DNA of 64,000 nucleotides from Iphione sp. A-MEVVRFRX5 (lineage: Eukaryota): contig OZ320316.1 in assembly GCA_976226885.1 (NCBI GenBank), forward strand, positions 39,618,001 through 39,682,000, in the 5' to 3' direction. A program made the position numbers and the translations under genes. This document shows positions 13,201-28,200 of the stretch, in pieces; the first letter of the stretch is position 1, and the number at the start of each line of letters is the position of its first letter. Under the pieces are notes generated by a model. It did not search any database. It saw only the letters and a list, made by a program, of their open reading frames with translations, and was not told the origin of the DNA.

Positions 13201-16200
13201 TGGATGTCAGAAAGTTTTTTTTTGTTGGGATGTCCTCTCATTCTCCCAGACCTCCGCTGCCTCTTTTTTTTTTTTTTTTTTACTTCACTTGGATATCACT
13301 TACTTACAGGTGTAGTTAGTGCTATAGATTTATGGCTTTGACCACAGAGGCTAAATAGTTGGCGATTAGTGGGCGAACATCAGAGAACGGTCATCACTAC
13401 ATACTTCACCTCCCACTGAGTGTGGGAGGGAACAGAGAATACCAAATGGGTTCTCCTGATAGGGACCTGGGGGAACCGCAAGGGGTGTGCCGTACCCGGG
13501 GGGTCCTTGGTGCTGCCAGTCTGCACCTTGTGGCCACTACAGCAAGCTGCATCACAGGCCATCAACGGGTCTCATAAATTCATCACGACCACTACTCACA
13601 CCAGCTATTGCGAAGATGTGGAGTGTGGGTGGCTGCAGGCAGGAAAGAGATGGGGGTGACCCTAGGCTATAGGGAGCCTTCGTCCCCGACGCCATGTAAA
13701 AAGTGACTTGTACCGTGCACAAACACCACCTATCAACATAAATTCACCTGAGTGAGAGAACAACATACACGGACCTCAAAAAATGCCTACGTGCATATTG
13801 TGTGTGCACATATTTTGCCATAGAGTTAAGTGTGCAGAGTAAGCTTTGCCCTAACTTGATTACAAGCCCTTCGGACGGACTGTTTTAGACTCTGATGGTG
13901 ATTTCCCCTTTTCCTCAAACGCAGGGATTTTCTGGAATGTTAGCGGAATATTGCGACACGCACAAACCTCAACATAAACCCTTTTTCAGTGAGCTTTTGT
14001 TTCGGGATGTGAAGGCGGGTGGTCGCCGAGGTCGGGTCAGTCGTACTGATGTAGCCGCATTCCGGCCAGGAATTAGCCTCATGGAGCGTCGACATTCAAT
14101 ACCATCGCGTGTGTCCAGTCGGTCGGGGCGGACACGCTGCCGACCTATCTTCCATGCTCCGGATGTCAGCCGCGCGCAGCACATCGCTGTTTTGCCGATG
14201 TCGGCGCCAGTGGAGCTGGCGGATTTATTTTCCATTTTCTGTGATGCAAGTGTCCCTCCCTCACGACCCTCTACCTCCCCTAACGCCCCTTCTTCTGCCA
14301 TCCCCGAAACTGCACCCCCGCCCCACCCACATCCCCACCCCCAGCCTCGATTACAGCAGCCTGTCCTTGCCTTTCGCTCTCCCTCCCGCCTGCCAGAAAG
14401 CACCGAGAATCGGCATTTGGTTTCAATAGTGCGCGCTGGGTGTTTCTTTTATTGGCGCTGTCTCCGGGAGTTAAGTGATAACATCTTGCCGGCCTTATTG
14501 GTTTCTGACTCCAGCCGCCTCCGACCTGTCTGCTCCGCTGACCCGAGGGTGGCGACCAAAGTATGACGATTTCAGTCGCCAGTGGACAAGATCCACTACT
14601 TCTCTCGCTGATAAAGCTGCTGTCTCTGCGCAGCTATGGCCGCTGTCATGCTGGATGTCCAGGCATGTATTGATGGGTCAGAACAGGAATGGCCAACTGC
14701 TTTGTGGGAAGCGGGGAAGGGGACGAGACGTCGAGAGACTGTCCCAATCTGTGGCAATATCAAGGCCCTAGTTGCTTGTCCAGCACCGTCACTGCAAAGG
14801 TAAATGTTTACCGGCGCTACAACCCAATTTATTTGAAAAGCAAACATGTATTAGACGGATAAGCCCCGTATCAGCGGTGAGGGCGCCACCCTTGGCTCCG
14901 CGTCTCGGTCAGTGTCTCCAGGGAGCAAGATCTCATTGACTGCGGCCAAAGGCCCCACCAGCCAGGAGCCACTCGCAGCCACTCACAGTGACTCGTAAGA
15001 ATCTCACTGGACCCTGGGATGGTCAGTGTATTGATCGTGGTGGTCAGTCTAATCTGGGATAATCCCATCAAGGGTTTATCTATGAACTGGCTGGCCCCAC
15101 TGGGAATACATATTACCCGCGGATGCGGTCAGTGGATGGGTCCTTCTGGGAGACTTTGGCAGGACTTGGTCAGCCGCCAGAAATTCTTCACATATAGGCT
15201 GAAGCAATGGAGAAATGGGGCAATTTGGGACAAATGGAATAAAAGGGGGAGTTGTTTACTGTGTGGCAGACTAAATGAATCATACGCGACCTATAAATTC
15301 ACTGGATCTGTACAACTGAATACAGAGAATAGAGCCTCTGCGATCCTTTTGTTTTAAAACCCATGTACGTAAAAATGTGCATGGAAACTGTCTTCTGAAC
15401 AGTATAACTAGCTTACATGAACTATTTAAGCATATATGGCACAATCTATTTCTCCCTAATTATTTATAATGAATATATGTACATGTATACATCATTTCAA
15501 TAGGAAATCACGTAGATCTATCCTTTTGTTTTGTGCAAGTGATCATTTTCCTCGTAGCGATTTGTGATTGACAAAATCACTGCGTGTAATGTTTCTCTTA
15601 AAAACAAAATCTTTAAAACAAGCAAAGTGGCTGGCTGCAGTGAAATGAACAGACCACTGATCCCATACAATGACCTCTTCATAAAGACTCCCACCTATTC
15701 TTCCCCAACAGGCTTAAAGGACTTGGACAAGGCATGAGTTGATCGGTGGTTGTGGCGGTGGCGAGTTGAAGTGGACTTGTGTCCAGGGATACCATTGCGC
15801 ATAGCCAGCCATAAGCTGTAGGGCTGGCGGGCTGATCAGTACAGGTCCCATAAGGTTTGGATTGGGCAGCGGAGACCCTGTAGGGATCAGCGTCTCTGGT
15901 AAGCTTACCAGCCAATAGGGCCCTCGTGGCACTGTCTGCTAGCGAATGCTCTTTTACAGGCAGTATTACTTGAATGTGGCCAGTGGTCACTTGTGGTTCG
16001 ACCACCAGTCTGAGCTTAGCCCCTCCGCCAGGACCGGTCCGAGCAAACAGCAGTGGTCATTGATTTAGGACTGAAGAGGAAAAGTTGGGTCTTGAGGGAG
16101 ACAGTCCATCCTACTGGGCGCTCTCTGGCATACTAGACGGACGCCCAACAGGCCCCTACTGACCACTCGAACTTCACCATTTTGGACTATGACAGACCTG

Positions 16201-19200
16201 TCTACTCGCTGGAAAGGCCAAATGCTAATGAGGAGGTCCAGCCAAGACACAGCAGCCATATTTACGGCACTATAATGGGCCCGTGGAGAAACAAACCTAT
16301 ATTCCCAAAATACCACAGGCTTGCAGGCAAATAATGGTACGATGGTAAGGAGGCTTGGGTTTGAGCTACCAACCGGCTATTCGGACGCGTTTCCGTGACC
16401 GGTTCACTGTTGTAGTGGAGCAGGTCCTTTCTGTGATGTCCTCCATTTGGTCCATACAGACTGCGCCTCGAACCCCTCACTTAATTCATTAGTTCCAGCG
16501 TCTCCTTGTCGACATTCTTTCATAACAAACATTCAGCACCAAAAAGCCAGGCTTTCACAGTGGCTGGCCATTAAAATATTAAGCAGAGGCAGGCGCAAAT
16601 GGTCCGAGTGTGCCACGGGCCGCTGACTCTTGATCGGCTACTTAGCCCTGACAAAGCTAGAACGATTGACACCACTAGGAGCATGGACCATCTTAACAGC
16701 CATGGGGCATACATCTTGTCGAAGGCTGCAGCATGACAGAGAATTGTACCGAGGTGAAGCAAAACGCCAGATTTGATTGGCCCACGTGAACCGCGGGTGC
16801 TGCGCTATCATCAATCTTCTCGCCATGCAACGCGCTTAACATCTCCCCCACACCGCAGCACTACCAACACTCAATAAGAAAAAACACCGCCTCCACCTGA
16901 ACCTCCCTGCCTCCGCTGTGCTAAACCCTTCCTGCTTGTACCGACAAGCTGCAGGAGAAGGGTCGTCCATCGTGCTGGAAAACGAAAAGGTATGAGTCGG
17001 CGGCCTTTGCGAACCGGCTTGCGTTTTTTGGGGTATCCAGGGCCTGGATGCCATGATCTGCCGGTGTGGTCAAGTGTCTGGTTTCCTCGTGATGGCCCCG
17101 TTATGTGCATGTCTTTCAGGTCAGGAATGCTGAGAAGCTGTCAAGCGTATAGCCCGCACTAAGTGTCGGAGGAGAACCGGAGGGGGCGCAAAGGCCTGCT
17201 ACTTCGAATGCCGCACAGCTTGGCTCCTCTCTTCTGCCCTTTTTGAGCGATCAGGAACGTTGCCGTTGTGGCCTGGAGCTGCTCTGAGTAACTCAGCCGC
17301 TTCAAACTGCTCGCAGACGTTGCCTGGAAACATACCTGGGCATCGACTTGTGTTTTGACTCTGATGAGGAGACTGATACCTCTGATCTTTATGCACCAGC
17401 TGCCATTGTGGCAGGCATATCACACTTACTTAGTGCAGTCGACACCGCGAAATATCAAAGACTCTAAACTTGTAGTTAAGTGGAACCCCACTGTTTCAGC
17501 TATTCGCGGAATAGCTTTCTGTGTATATAGCGAACAGATGCATGTATATACTTGGTTTCTGATCGATGCGGTTGGTCACCTACGATAAACATTTTAGCAG
17601 ATTATCTGACATCTAGTGTTTGCCGAATATTTTTTAGCATCACGAACATCTAAGTATTTCCGAGCAAGAGGCAACACATGCAGGCTCAGCCTTTAAGGTG
17701 AAACATGCCACTCAAACGACTAAACTCATAGCTGATTGCAGTTCCATTAACCCTTGTCGAACCACTGTGGTGATACGTACTGATACACGTTCTCTCTTTT
17801 CACAAATATGACTTCATCGGAGAACTGATGTGTTTTCTTTCTGCTTTAGACCCCCCAAAAAAACTCTCGATTGATGCCCAATTAGAAAAATGGAAGGGCT
17901 GTTTGCATTGGTTGCTCTCTATTTACAGGAGAAGGCCCTCCTCGTGTGCCTGCAAGAAACCGGAAGGGGAGCATGATGGAGGTGATGCCGCCCTGAACAC
18001 TACCAGTAACACCGCCGGTTCGGCTTCACCCTTCGCTAGATGAAGACAGTTACACTCAAACTGTCACCTATCTATTTATATTGTGTACATCTATATTACT
18101 GGGGAAGGGATTAGACTGGAAACTTTTTCATGTGTCCATCGGAGGGTTTATTCCCATAAAGCAGTTGTTTGGTACCGTTTCAGATGCCGCAGAATGCTTT
18201 ATACCAGGAGTGATCTACACAGTTGTTAAAATGAATTTCTATTATAGAAAACATCACTTTGGGTCCATTGTACGATGGCCTAACATTAACACAACGCACG
18301 GAACCGAGAACAGTTGGTAGGCAGGGCCAAACAGTACCTGCTTCTGGTGGTTGTTCTGTTTAGGCCATGTGTCAAGCTAAGAGGGACAATGCCCTAGATG
18401 TATAGACCATCATAACGCTACGTCGGTCGCTGCACCGAGTATTTTATAAGTCCTTTTTAGGCTGATCAGACAAGAAGGGACTGAAGGGCACTGATCTTTG
18501 CCGCAGTCAGTCGTCCCCATCCATTCGCCGTTACACCGAGTCGCCTGTGTGTATACAACTCCGTAACTGCTCATAAATTGTGTTACTAGTGGCAGCTATG
18601 GCCAGTACCATGTGCCGGGCGATTGTTATATCGCGACGTATCAATTTTATAAATGGTGGAGGCCCGGCAGAATAATGTAGGCACCTCGGATTACAGCATG
18701 TCTGTAAACACAGCGGACAGGGCCTTTGCGAGTCGCTAGTGGAGCCCCTCGCCGGCGTGACGTCGAGTCACCGACGCATAAACCACGCTAACTGATGGAG
18801 TGCAGTCGGCCGACCCCGCGCCCCGCCGACCCCCTGCTGGCAAGCGGCCCGCGATCCTCCGACTGGACACGAGGGCCTTTATCGTCGATAAATCGGCCGT
18901 TGAGTAAATTAATGTCCGCCGGTATCACGAATCTCTGATGGGTTCCATAGAGCGCCACGTCCCTGTTGGCCCCGTCAGTCCCTGGCTGCCACAGTCCCGC
19001 CTGTATTCCATCGGCCAGGCCCGAGGGCCGACCTTATCTGATGCTGGTCAATTGACCGCTCGTCGGGCAACAGTCACCGCGCGGCCGCCGGGCAAAGTGG
19101 ACATGGCCAGATGCGGTGGAAGGAGGGGGCGGTGTACTGGATCATCGCTAAGTGACATGGATGAGGACGTGGGCCAGTATGATTCTATCAAGCAGCATTA

Positions 19201-22200
19201 CGGTATTATATTTGATGAGGACTGATGTGCGCGCTCATGTAAATGTCGATGTGGCGAACGTCGGACTCGTTGGTAGGGGACTGGGTAACTGGTGAGGGCT
19301 ACAAGTGTATATGTAGGCAGATATACTGGCCGATGCCCTGTTACAATAACACCACAACAGTACTGGCGCCCGCCCTCAGGTGTGGAAGCCTCTATTGAAA
19401 GTGTCCATACGCCTATCCGGCACGACCCCTCGAGGGAAGTTGGGGAACTACACGTTATCAGCCTTACTTCCGACGGTAACTATCCTCCCGTGACCTTGTG
19501 TGACTTTTCAATCCGCCTGCGGACTAAATATAACCAAAAAACGCGGTCGAAGAGGAAAACACAGCTGCCACCACCAATCCCCTGATCCCGCTTCGGCACA
19601 TGTCATTACCGACGGTAATTAGTGAGATTTACCTGGACACTGCCCTATCATGACCCCACCTGACGGCCCCTCAGAAGTCTACCTTTGAGACTGCCGCCGT
19701 ATACACGCACCAATAATTAGCAACGGAAGCAGTTGCGAGCGACTCAACGACAGCAGGGGGTCCTCCCAGCCTGTGAGCAAGTCCTGATATCATTACGACA
19801 GGCTGACCAGATCACAAGAGAGGCGACAGATCAAAGAGATCCACCGACCAGGTAAGGTCACAGTGGGATCACTTCATTAACACTATTCAGCCCTCAGTTA
19901 ATTAAAACCCCTCCTGTGAGCATAGCCCTTAACTATGTACCAATCAAGAATGTGAATTCTTGCGTATGAAACGTTCAAAAGCTTTCTTCAATATGGTTAC
20001 ATGAAGAGACTTATACAATAAATATTATTTCTAATGCGGTCGCATCGACCTCAGAAAGACACACCCCCCCTTCATCATCTCCTTCCTATTTTTCTGCCCT
20101 TTGTTCCCCACACAGGTCAATTTTATAGTCTCCTTCCTTATGATGGCAAAAAAATCACGTAGACGTATATATGATCATATGGTCACATACCACATGAAAG
20201 GAGTACGGCAAATATATTACATTGGCCTTATATACTGACCCCCCTCCCTGCAGGTAGATTGGCGCTTGGCTGAGCTGCTCCACCTATAATGGGCTGCGTG
20301 CTCCCCATGGGAAGGCCAGTGTGGGATTACATGAACCTCTTCCTCCCCGAACTCAACAGCCACCCGCAGCCTTAACGGTACCTTGAAAAACGACCCTCGG
20401 CTGACAACTATGGCTTCTCACTGCTTGTGACAGTAATGATTCATATCGAAAGTGATATGAAGGCCGATGCCGTAGCCATTGGTAACCGGATTAGAACAGG
20501 TGTCGCGGCCGTGTGTCTCAGGTATGAGAGACTGAGCGCACGTCCTACGACAGACTCCCCCTTCTTTACTAGTCACTGCCTGGTCACTTCATTCACATGC
20601 TTCCAATACAAATAAATACCTATAAAATATTTTGATGCTGTTTAAAACAAACAGCTAGCCGTCCCCAGAGACAGTATGCCTGGGACATGAATCTGACCGG
20701 AGAGAGAGGATGATGAAGGAGAAAATACATGTACATGTACAATGTACACTTCTCCAAATGTCCTATACACGTCTGACAGGCCAGCGATAATCCGCGTGGA
20801 AACCGAATAGCCTGCGATTTGGGCGACGTGCTGCGAGTCGGTATTAAAATCAATATAGGACATGTTTTGACCTACATCGCTTGCTTCGCTTAGCGCCTCG
20901 AGCACTCGCAATAGTGTCTCTGCTACCTGTCCATCAGCACCTGCAGGAATGCCTTATTCTCGTCCCTTTGATGTCCATTCGTTGTTGATCCTGCCCAATG
21001 AAGAGCGGTCAAACCCAAGGCCAGCAGTGACCAGCCGTTGTGAAGGCTGTCCTTGGGGTGTCCCTTCTCTGGGCTTTCTTTGACTTTGATCATTGGTTAC
21101 CTGGATGGGAGTGGACAGGTGTGCAGTCCTTCAGAAGACAAGGGCTGGAGTAGGTCGGACTGGGTGTTCATATACCTTAGTCATACTTACTTCGATGAGA
21201 TGCATGTTTTACCCTCGTATGCACATCTTTTGGTAAAAGAGGAGTCTGCAGTCATGCTTCCCTTCACAGCCTTAAGGAAGGGAGATTTAATGGCCTTCGG
21301 GGGTATGAGGGGACGAGCTCGACCGTATCTCGGCCCCAGCAACCGTTGCTTTGCAGGGGTTACCCTTATGTCTGCGTCTAGACATGATAGCGTAGAAAGT
21401 CTCTGACCCCGGACGACTTTGCGTTTCAAGATTCGCGGTGGGCTGATCACTATAGTTTTGGGGTGTTTGAAGTAGTCTGGTGGCCATTTTGAGCACGGTT
21501 GACTCAGGCTTAACTGCACGGGGTATAACCATATCAACTTAAGGCAAAAACCGTGTAAGGAAAAACCAAGTTGTGTCAAAGCTCGTTTTTTTCTTCTGTG
21601 CCGCTGGTATGCAATGAGGTGAGAGCAGCGTTCAGTTTTTATACTAGCTTTAAAATGTCAACGACTAGACGCCTACAGGAGTGGTCGCCCTCACTGACCA
21701 GCAGCCGGATAGGTTAGACGGTCGATATATCTTTTTTTCCCTCGACATTTTCGTGTTCCTGCTCGAATTCAAGAAGAAGCTGAGAACAAGTATAGTGCCG
21801 GCTGTAGAAGCAAAGTGGGTGCTGGTTGGACGACGTAAAGGCGGCTAGGTGGAAGAGGGATCAGATACTACAGATAGACACACAGTCGGGGGCTACTGAC
21901 GAGGGTCATACATGCCAGGGGTGGTCAGTGCTGCCAAGGCGCTCTTTGATCCCCTTTGATCGTCACAGACATCGGATCCCCGAAGTGGCCAGTCCTGGAC
22001 ACAACACAGGCACAACCAGCAGACCCGAGACATCTGAAGCTTGGCACTAGCCACATCCGGCGGCCATATTTCTCCTCGCCTGGCCAAGCATCCCCTGTCG
22101 CCTCCCCACCTCCCCAACGGGCCGCCCACCTAGCCACCACACCAACTAGCACTGACAAGGTCGGTTACTAGCTGCAGTCAGCAGGGGGTAGTATTTCAAG

Positions 22201-25200
22201 TAGCGCGTGGTATTATATGCACATTACAGTGGACACCGAGGAGGACCAGGCATACAAAGGTTGTGGGAATGAACCCCCCACCCCGATTACTGCTGAGAAC
22301 AAGATCCATCGAATGACCAGCCAATGACCCCGAGTGACCTGACCCGAGGTCAGTCGAACGCTTGTCTGTTCTCTGTCAAGGCTGGTGGTCAGTGGTTACC
22401 CTCCTGACACCCATAACTCAAACTGTACGTCGTGGTGTACAGGGCCACAGCCACCGTCCCCTTTAATGGTCAGCCACTCCGAGGCTCTTCCCACATCAAC
22501 AACAGCTGACCTGGGAGAGGGCGCCCGAATGTTGCCCCACAGTATTATAGAAACAGTAACTGTCAACAAGTAGACTCATTTATCATTATATGGCTCTCTT
22601 TAGTCACTGGTTTTAGTGTGCACTGTCTGGCTTGGTATTAGAAGTAGCACCCTTTCATTGTTCAGTTTCTTTTTTTTTTGGTCAGGATTAAACCAAAAAC
22701 ACGGTTTGATACTGATAAGAATGAAGCATAGGCGAGAGATGTTCTCTCGACCTGCACCTCTGACCGGTGTCTACTGAGTACTGGGTAAATCCTGTCGTCT
22801 CCCCCCCCCCCAAGCAGCAATCTCTCCAGTTGGACTGATCATCAGATCCATCTAGACGGAGCTGGCTGCTGCTTCTCGAGACGTGCTCGATTCGAATACA
22901 CAGTGATTCTATAGGCTGCAGTGGAGAGGCAGTTCACCCCTCCTAGATTGACCACTGGTCAGGGGGCCGGCCTGACTTCGGCATAGCATCGGGGAGGGGG
23001 AAGAGCTTCATCTGATAGCAATCGGGTGTCTCGGATCGTGGCCGGGAACTCTTCGCCAGCATCTCAGGCGACTGTGAATCAACCCTGACCAGCATACCCA
23101 CTTCGACGTCCCCCCAACTTACCCGTGGACAGAGAATTCACATGCTAAACAACTGCAACAATTCAAAAGATAGAATCAGTTCGGTAAATCACTTTCCAAT
23201 ACCACTTAAACGTCCATCTCCAGCAACAGGGTGACCGTATATAATCATACATAATAAAAAAGCAATTCTAGAGGATGTATGCCAATGCAGTTAGAAGAAC
23301 AACAGTCAAGTATACATGTATTTCGCAAAGAACATCAATGCCTGGCTGTCGGCAGTAGGCGCGCACCAAACAGAGCTATATTGGTCACTATGTGCACGCA
23401 TGCGTGATGGAAAGCGTGCCCCTGGTTGATCCATGCCCTTTGATCCCCACTCTCCGCCCCTTTGTTTGATCCGAACACATCAGGTTTTACTCATCTGCAT
23501 CAGTGCATGCCATGTACATGTCCATCAATATAACATCCACTAACACGAGAGCGATGCACGCAGCTCGGTTGCTTATTACCCCGCCCAGATATCAGGCAGG
23601 TGGTGCATCATTGTATACAATGTAACTGAAATTCTATACGTGTAGAGAACCATGCGATTATGCCATTTCTCGGAAATTTGACATCAATAATTCATATCAA
23701 TGTGACATGAGTGCCACATATCTGTAAAAATGCCACTTATTGAAATACCGAGCAAGAATACAATTATTAACCGAAATGCTTGCATACAATATTTGGGTCA
23801 CGGCTAATGCATTTGTAGACGACCAACAACACAAAAATGACCCGTCAGTGCCTGGTATGATAGGCCACTGCCCCGCTTTCATCGGTCGGCACCGCCATGT
23901 ATATTTGTATATGGGCATTTTTTTTCAAATGCAGATGGATTATATACAGTAAATGGAAATGAATGTCTGGATATTGATGAAACCGTTATCGGCCTTCAAG
24001 AAAATTTATCAAATGTTGCGATTATCGCGCTGTACCGAGTATGTCACATCCTACTCAACCTCACCAAGACGGCCACGGCCTGCGTGGTGGCAACTGCCGG
24101 TGTGAGGGGTGCCGGCCGTGGCTCATTACTGCCCACCTGTGTAAAGTAACACCACGCTAGCTTTTGTCGCATTGACCACAACCGTGCCTCACACAAAAAG
24201 CCCGGCTCCGCCCGTGCCCACATCTTCTTGTATGGCGCCCGTGACGGCGACACTCCATCATAGGCAGCCGATGTCTCGCTTGAGCTGCCGTCGGCAAGAG
24301 AGGTGTGGCCAGTCGGTCAGCGATGACCCCCCACCTCAGTGGACACTCCAGGTAATGATGTCTCAATAGCGGAGACAACGCCCTCCCGGGGCCAGATGGA
24401 GCGACGGCCGGACGGGCTGTTGACATAGCCGGACCATTGATAGGGTCTGGTCTGTAATCTAGCCGGACAGCTCACGATATGACTACAAACAGGAGGGTGT
24501 GTATCATAAGGAAGCTGTTGAGGGTGCAATGGTGCTAGCATAAACTAAACTAGTTGGTGGTCTTTGTTACTGCGCGTTGTCCACTGAACACCCAGTTGGC
24601 TGCAATTACTCAGACACGCAGGGTTCTGACGCCTTTATTTTGACTTGTAGGAGGCCCCCCACACCATGGAGACAGCTGGAGGTTCCTATATTGTATAAAT
24701 CGTCCTTTGAGCCACAATGGACAAGGAGCTCTGTAGAAATGGTATGGGTTGACTGGGTACATTCTGACGGTGAATGAGACCTAATACATGAGGGGTCATA
24801 TCACCGTATCTTAAAGGGACCTGTCCGTTATACTCTTGGCGGCAAATGGTCCATCCACGACCAGTGTCCAGTTGACATGGGATTTCACTTCCTGTACGCA
24901 TGGCCTCTCCCATCCCTGTCCTCCTTCTAACTAAATTACTGCTTTATGGTCCATCGATGGACGCTAGAGCCGAACGCTAGAGTTTGGTGGGGCTATTTGC
25001 AGTGACGTTAACACAACTGTACCTCGCCCTGTTAAGGTCTTTGTTGAAGATTTCTTCCAAGTTTACCCACGTTCAATATACTGACCACTACAGGCAGATG
25101 ACCAGTCGCTGTAGCCCCTGCCGCCCCAGCCCATTGCCGTCCCCACTGACCAATCCATCAATTATCGGACCGCTAATAAAATATCAATCAGCTAATGGTG

Positions 25201-28200
25201 CGCACTGCTGTTCCTCAGTGTCAGGCCACCGCCTTCAGGAGGAGCAGGAAGAGCACAAATAGGCGACGTGAGTACTGCGTGGGGATGTGTTTCGGGTGGG
25301 GGTGGGGGTGAGGTGGGCTGGTAGTGGGGGTGTTGCTGGTTAGGCGAGCGACGGCAAGTCGGGTAGGAGGAACCGAGCATACGCCCTGATGGACAACAGT
25401 ACTAGCGATGGCTCTAGCGGGGCCCTAATAGCTGTGATTAAATCCACTAAAGCGGCGGCCAGGTGCTTGCTGATGGTCGCAGCGGCGCTGGAGACGATCT
25501 GCGTTATTGTTCTACGCAGTAGCCTGTCGTGCGTCGGCCTAGGGCCGGCCATCACCTCGGCCGGTGATCATAAGCCATTTAGGGATCCAAACGAGCAGAG
25601 GAAACAGTGCCCACCGAGTAATTATTCCATAAATTTGCATAGAGTATTTGTTGCATCTCGTGGCCTAATTGCGGGTCGTGGCACGAGCTGGCGGCAGTGG
25701 AAACAATAAGGCGGTGATTAATTTGTGCGAGTTGTAGTAACCGGTCGACGGCTCGGGCCCGCGGTGAAGTGCTAAGTGCACGGATGGAGTAAGGGCGAGG
25801 GTGATCAATCAGAACTGTCCAGCCCCATCCTACCTCAGTAATCACCACTAAGTCTTCTGTACACGGGAACAATGGGCGCCAAGACGCGGCCGTCAAACGC
25901 AAAGAACGGCCCACTACTGACCAGAGCAACTCAAGGCAGCACACTATACGTATGGGAGCAGCTAAGTAGGACGTATTCAGCGAATAATCCCCACGGACCA
26001 ACGCCTTGTGATGGTGGCATTGACTCGCGTTATCACCTGCTTTGCCTCAGCATTGTGCCAACAGTACTGTAAGAGACAAATACACAGAATATCTATCGCT
26101 GATAAGGGCAAGGTACTTTTAGAGGCAAAACGGCCATCGTGTTGCAACCGTGTTAGCATGCCGGTATTCATGTTGCTGTTGCTCTCGGTGCCAACGCCAC
26201 TGGCTACTTTGCGTTCCAACACTTAATAAGACGATCCCACCTCTTTGACCCTGCTGTCAACTCGTCCGCCTCTCCCCTCGCCAGAAAGGACAGGCTGACC
26301 AGCATGAGAAGCCCTCTTCGTGTAGCGGTCGTATCGGCCAGCTGACAGGCCATTGTCCAAACTAGGCCCCTTCTGACAGATTTACATCACACACTGGACA
26401 GTAAGCTTAACAGCTAATTGTAGCCGAAGCCTGGTCGTGATCCTCAAGCCCGACGGCTTGATCCCTGGCCACTTGGACGGCGCGCTTCAGACAGAACCTT
26501 TGGCCCCTTGTCAGGACCCTGACAGTCTCATTTTCCGGGGCCTGTTTGGCGCCTGACCCCTTGAAAAAGGCGGATGTGGCACAGGGGTGTACCCAGGAAG
26601 CCGGACAAGTTCCAGGGAGCCTCGGTGCTTCTCCCATTGGGGTCCCTGCTAAGAGACGATGGTCAGTCCCCTCCCGTGTATGCCCGGACTTGACAGGTTC
26701 ATCTTCTGCAGGGACGTGCAAGCAATTGCCTTAGTTGCCCTCACCACTGGTAGGGAGCGCGCGCGAGGCTGCCCCTGGTGGAGGGTCTACCAGGGACAAT
26801 GGCTCTATAATCAAGTATACTGGTCAGAGGAGAGACAATGACTCCTCCAGTGAATGGCAAGTGGGGACACCACCCCGCAATAAACCACTTCAGTGGCGGC
26901 CATCTTGTTTTGTTTGAGAAGCCCCCCACACCGCCAGATGGCCGCTCCTTGTGCACACAGACCGCTCACCTTGTGATCCCGAGCTTATTTTGACATGGCA
27001 AAAATAATCACGCCGCCAGGTGGTTGCTAGGTAAGCGGAAACAATCATCCCCATAGCAACGACCGCTACCAGGGTGACCTTGGCGCAAGGTCGCGGCCAG
27101 TTTGTCAACGTCATCTTGGCGTAGGCGCTCTGCCCTCTGATGTGGCCCGACGGACAGTTCTCGGCAATGTTACTTGACAACTAACCTTGAAAGCGATTAT
27201 CCCTGATTGCCTAGCTTTCTGTGGATTACCGCTGCCAGTGATGACCAAAGAGATTAAGGCGAGGGGATTTGCATGTCAATGGTCAGGGGGATTAGACAGC
27301 CTTCCTTGGCTCTGATCTGCCGCTCAAGTTTACTAGTTCTAAACTGCTGCTGATGCTATCCGTACGGAGCCCCAAGCCTCATGAAAGCAATCCAACAACT
27401 ACATTTCCATTTAAATGGGAATTCGATCGAGAACCTGAATTATGTCGAAGCAAACATGCATTTGCCACGGCTTCGCGCCTTGTTCACGCCCGAGGCCAAC
27501 TATGCTACGTGCAAACTGTGATTAAGTTGAAACTTTCATCAGTGAGAGTCCATACATTTCGAGGCATTAATTGCGCAAACTAAAAATGCTCAAACTGATA
27601 GAGAAATATGAGCGGACGATGGACGACCATCGTTTTCACTCTATTGCTCTCACACAGACGGACCGGGGGATGATTAATTGTTGCGTGTGAGCAGCGAGGA
27701 GACATGACTAACAACTACAGGTGACCAAACGTTATTGGAATAATTATAATTTGCGAAAATGCCAAACTTACAGTTGTCTGATACATAGTCTCATTTTAAA
27801 TTACGTTTTTGCATTGGAAGCCTTTAGAGAATCAATAGAATACATGCTTGATTATATCGTCCTGTGGTAACAGTTTTTATTAGAGGTTTCCCTGATTGGA
27901 TGCAGTATTATGACAACACTTGCTATTGTCCGTTACAAGTATGACTCCGTGCGGTCAGCGAGCTGTGCGTATTGCTCATCGCTTGTGTGTTTCATCACTG
28001 ACCACTGATCCCGGATGTGTTGGAGGGGTGGAGGGTGTGTGGATATACTGGGGTTACAAGGAAAAACACAACGAACCAGAAGGCCTGTAGGAAAAGCAAT
28101 CTTGACGGATCCATTGGTTGTGAAAGTCATGCTTACTCACCGGGTCGATCCCAGTGTGGCATCACGTGAACCCTGGAGTGTCAATCTGACAGCAGTTTGA

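Noticed and set aside
13895-14566. Longest non-element ORF (223 aa)
   Set aside because: Low-complexity Pro/Ser/Arg sequence in GC-rich DNA, no recognisable domain, overlapping ORFs in several frames.
19605-19619. Palindrome ATTACCGACGGTAAT with a partial copy at 19470-19479
   Set aside because: Too short to distinguish from chance; no supporting context.
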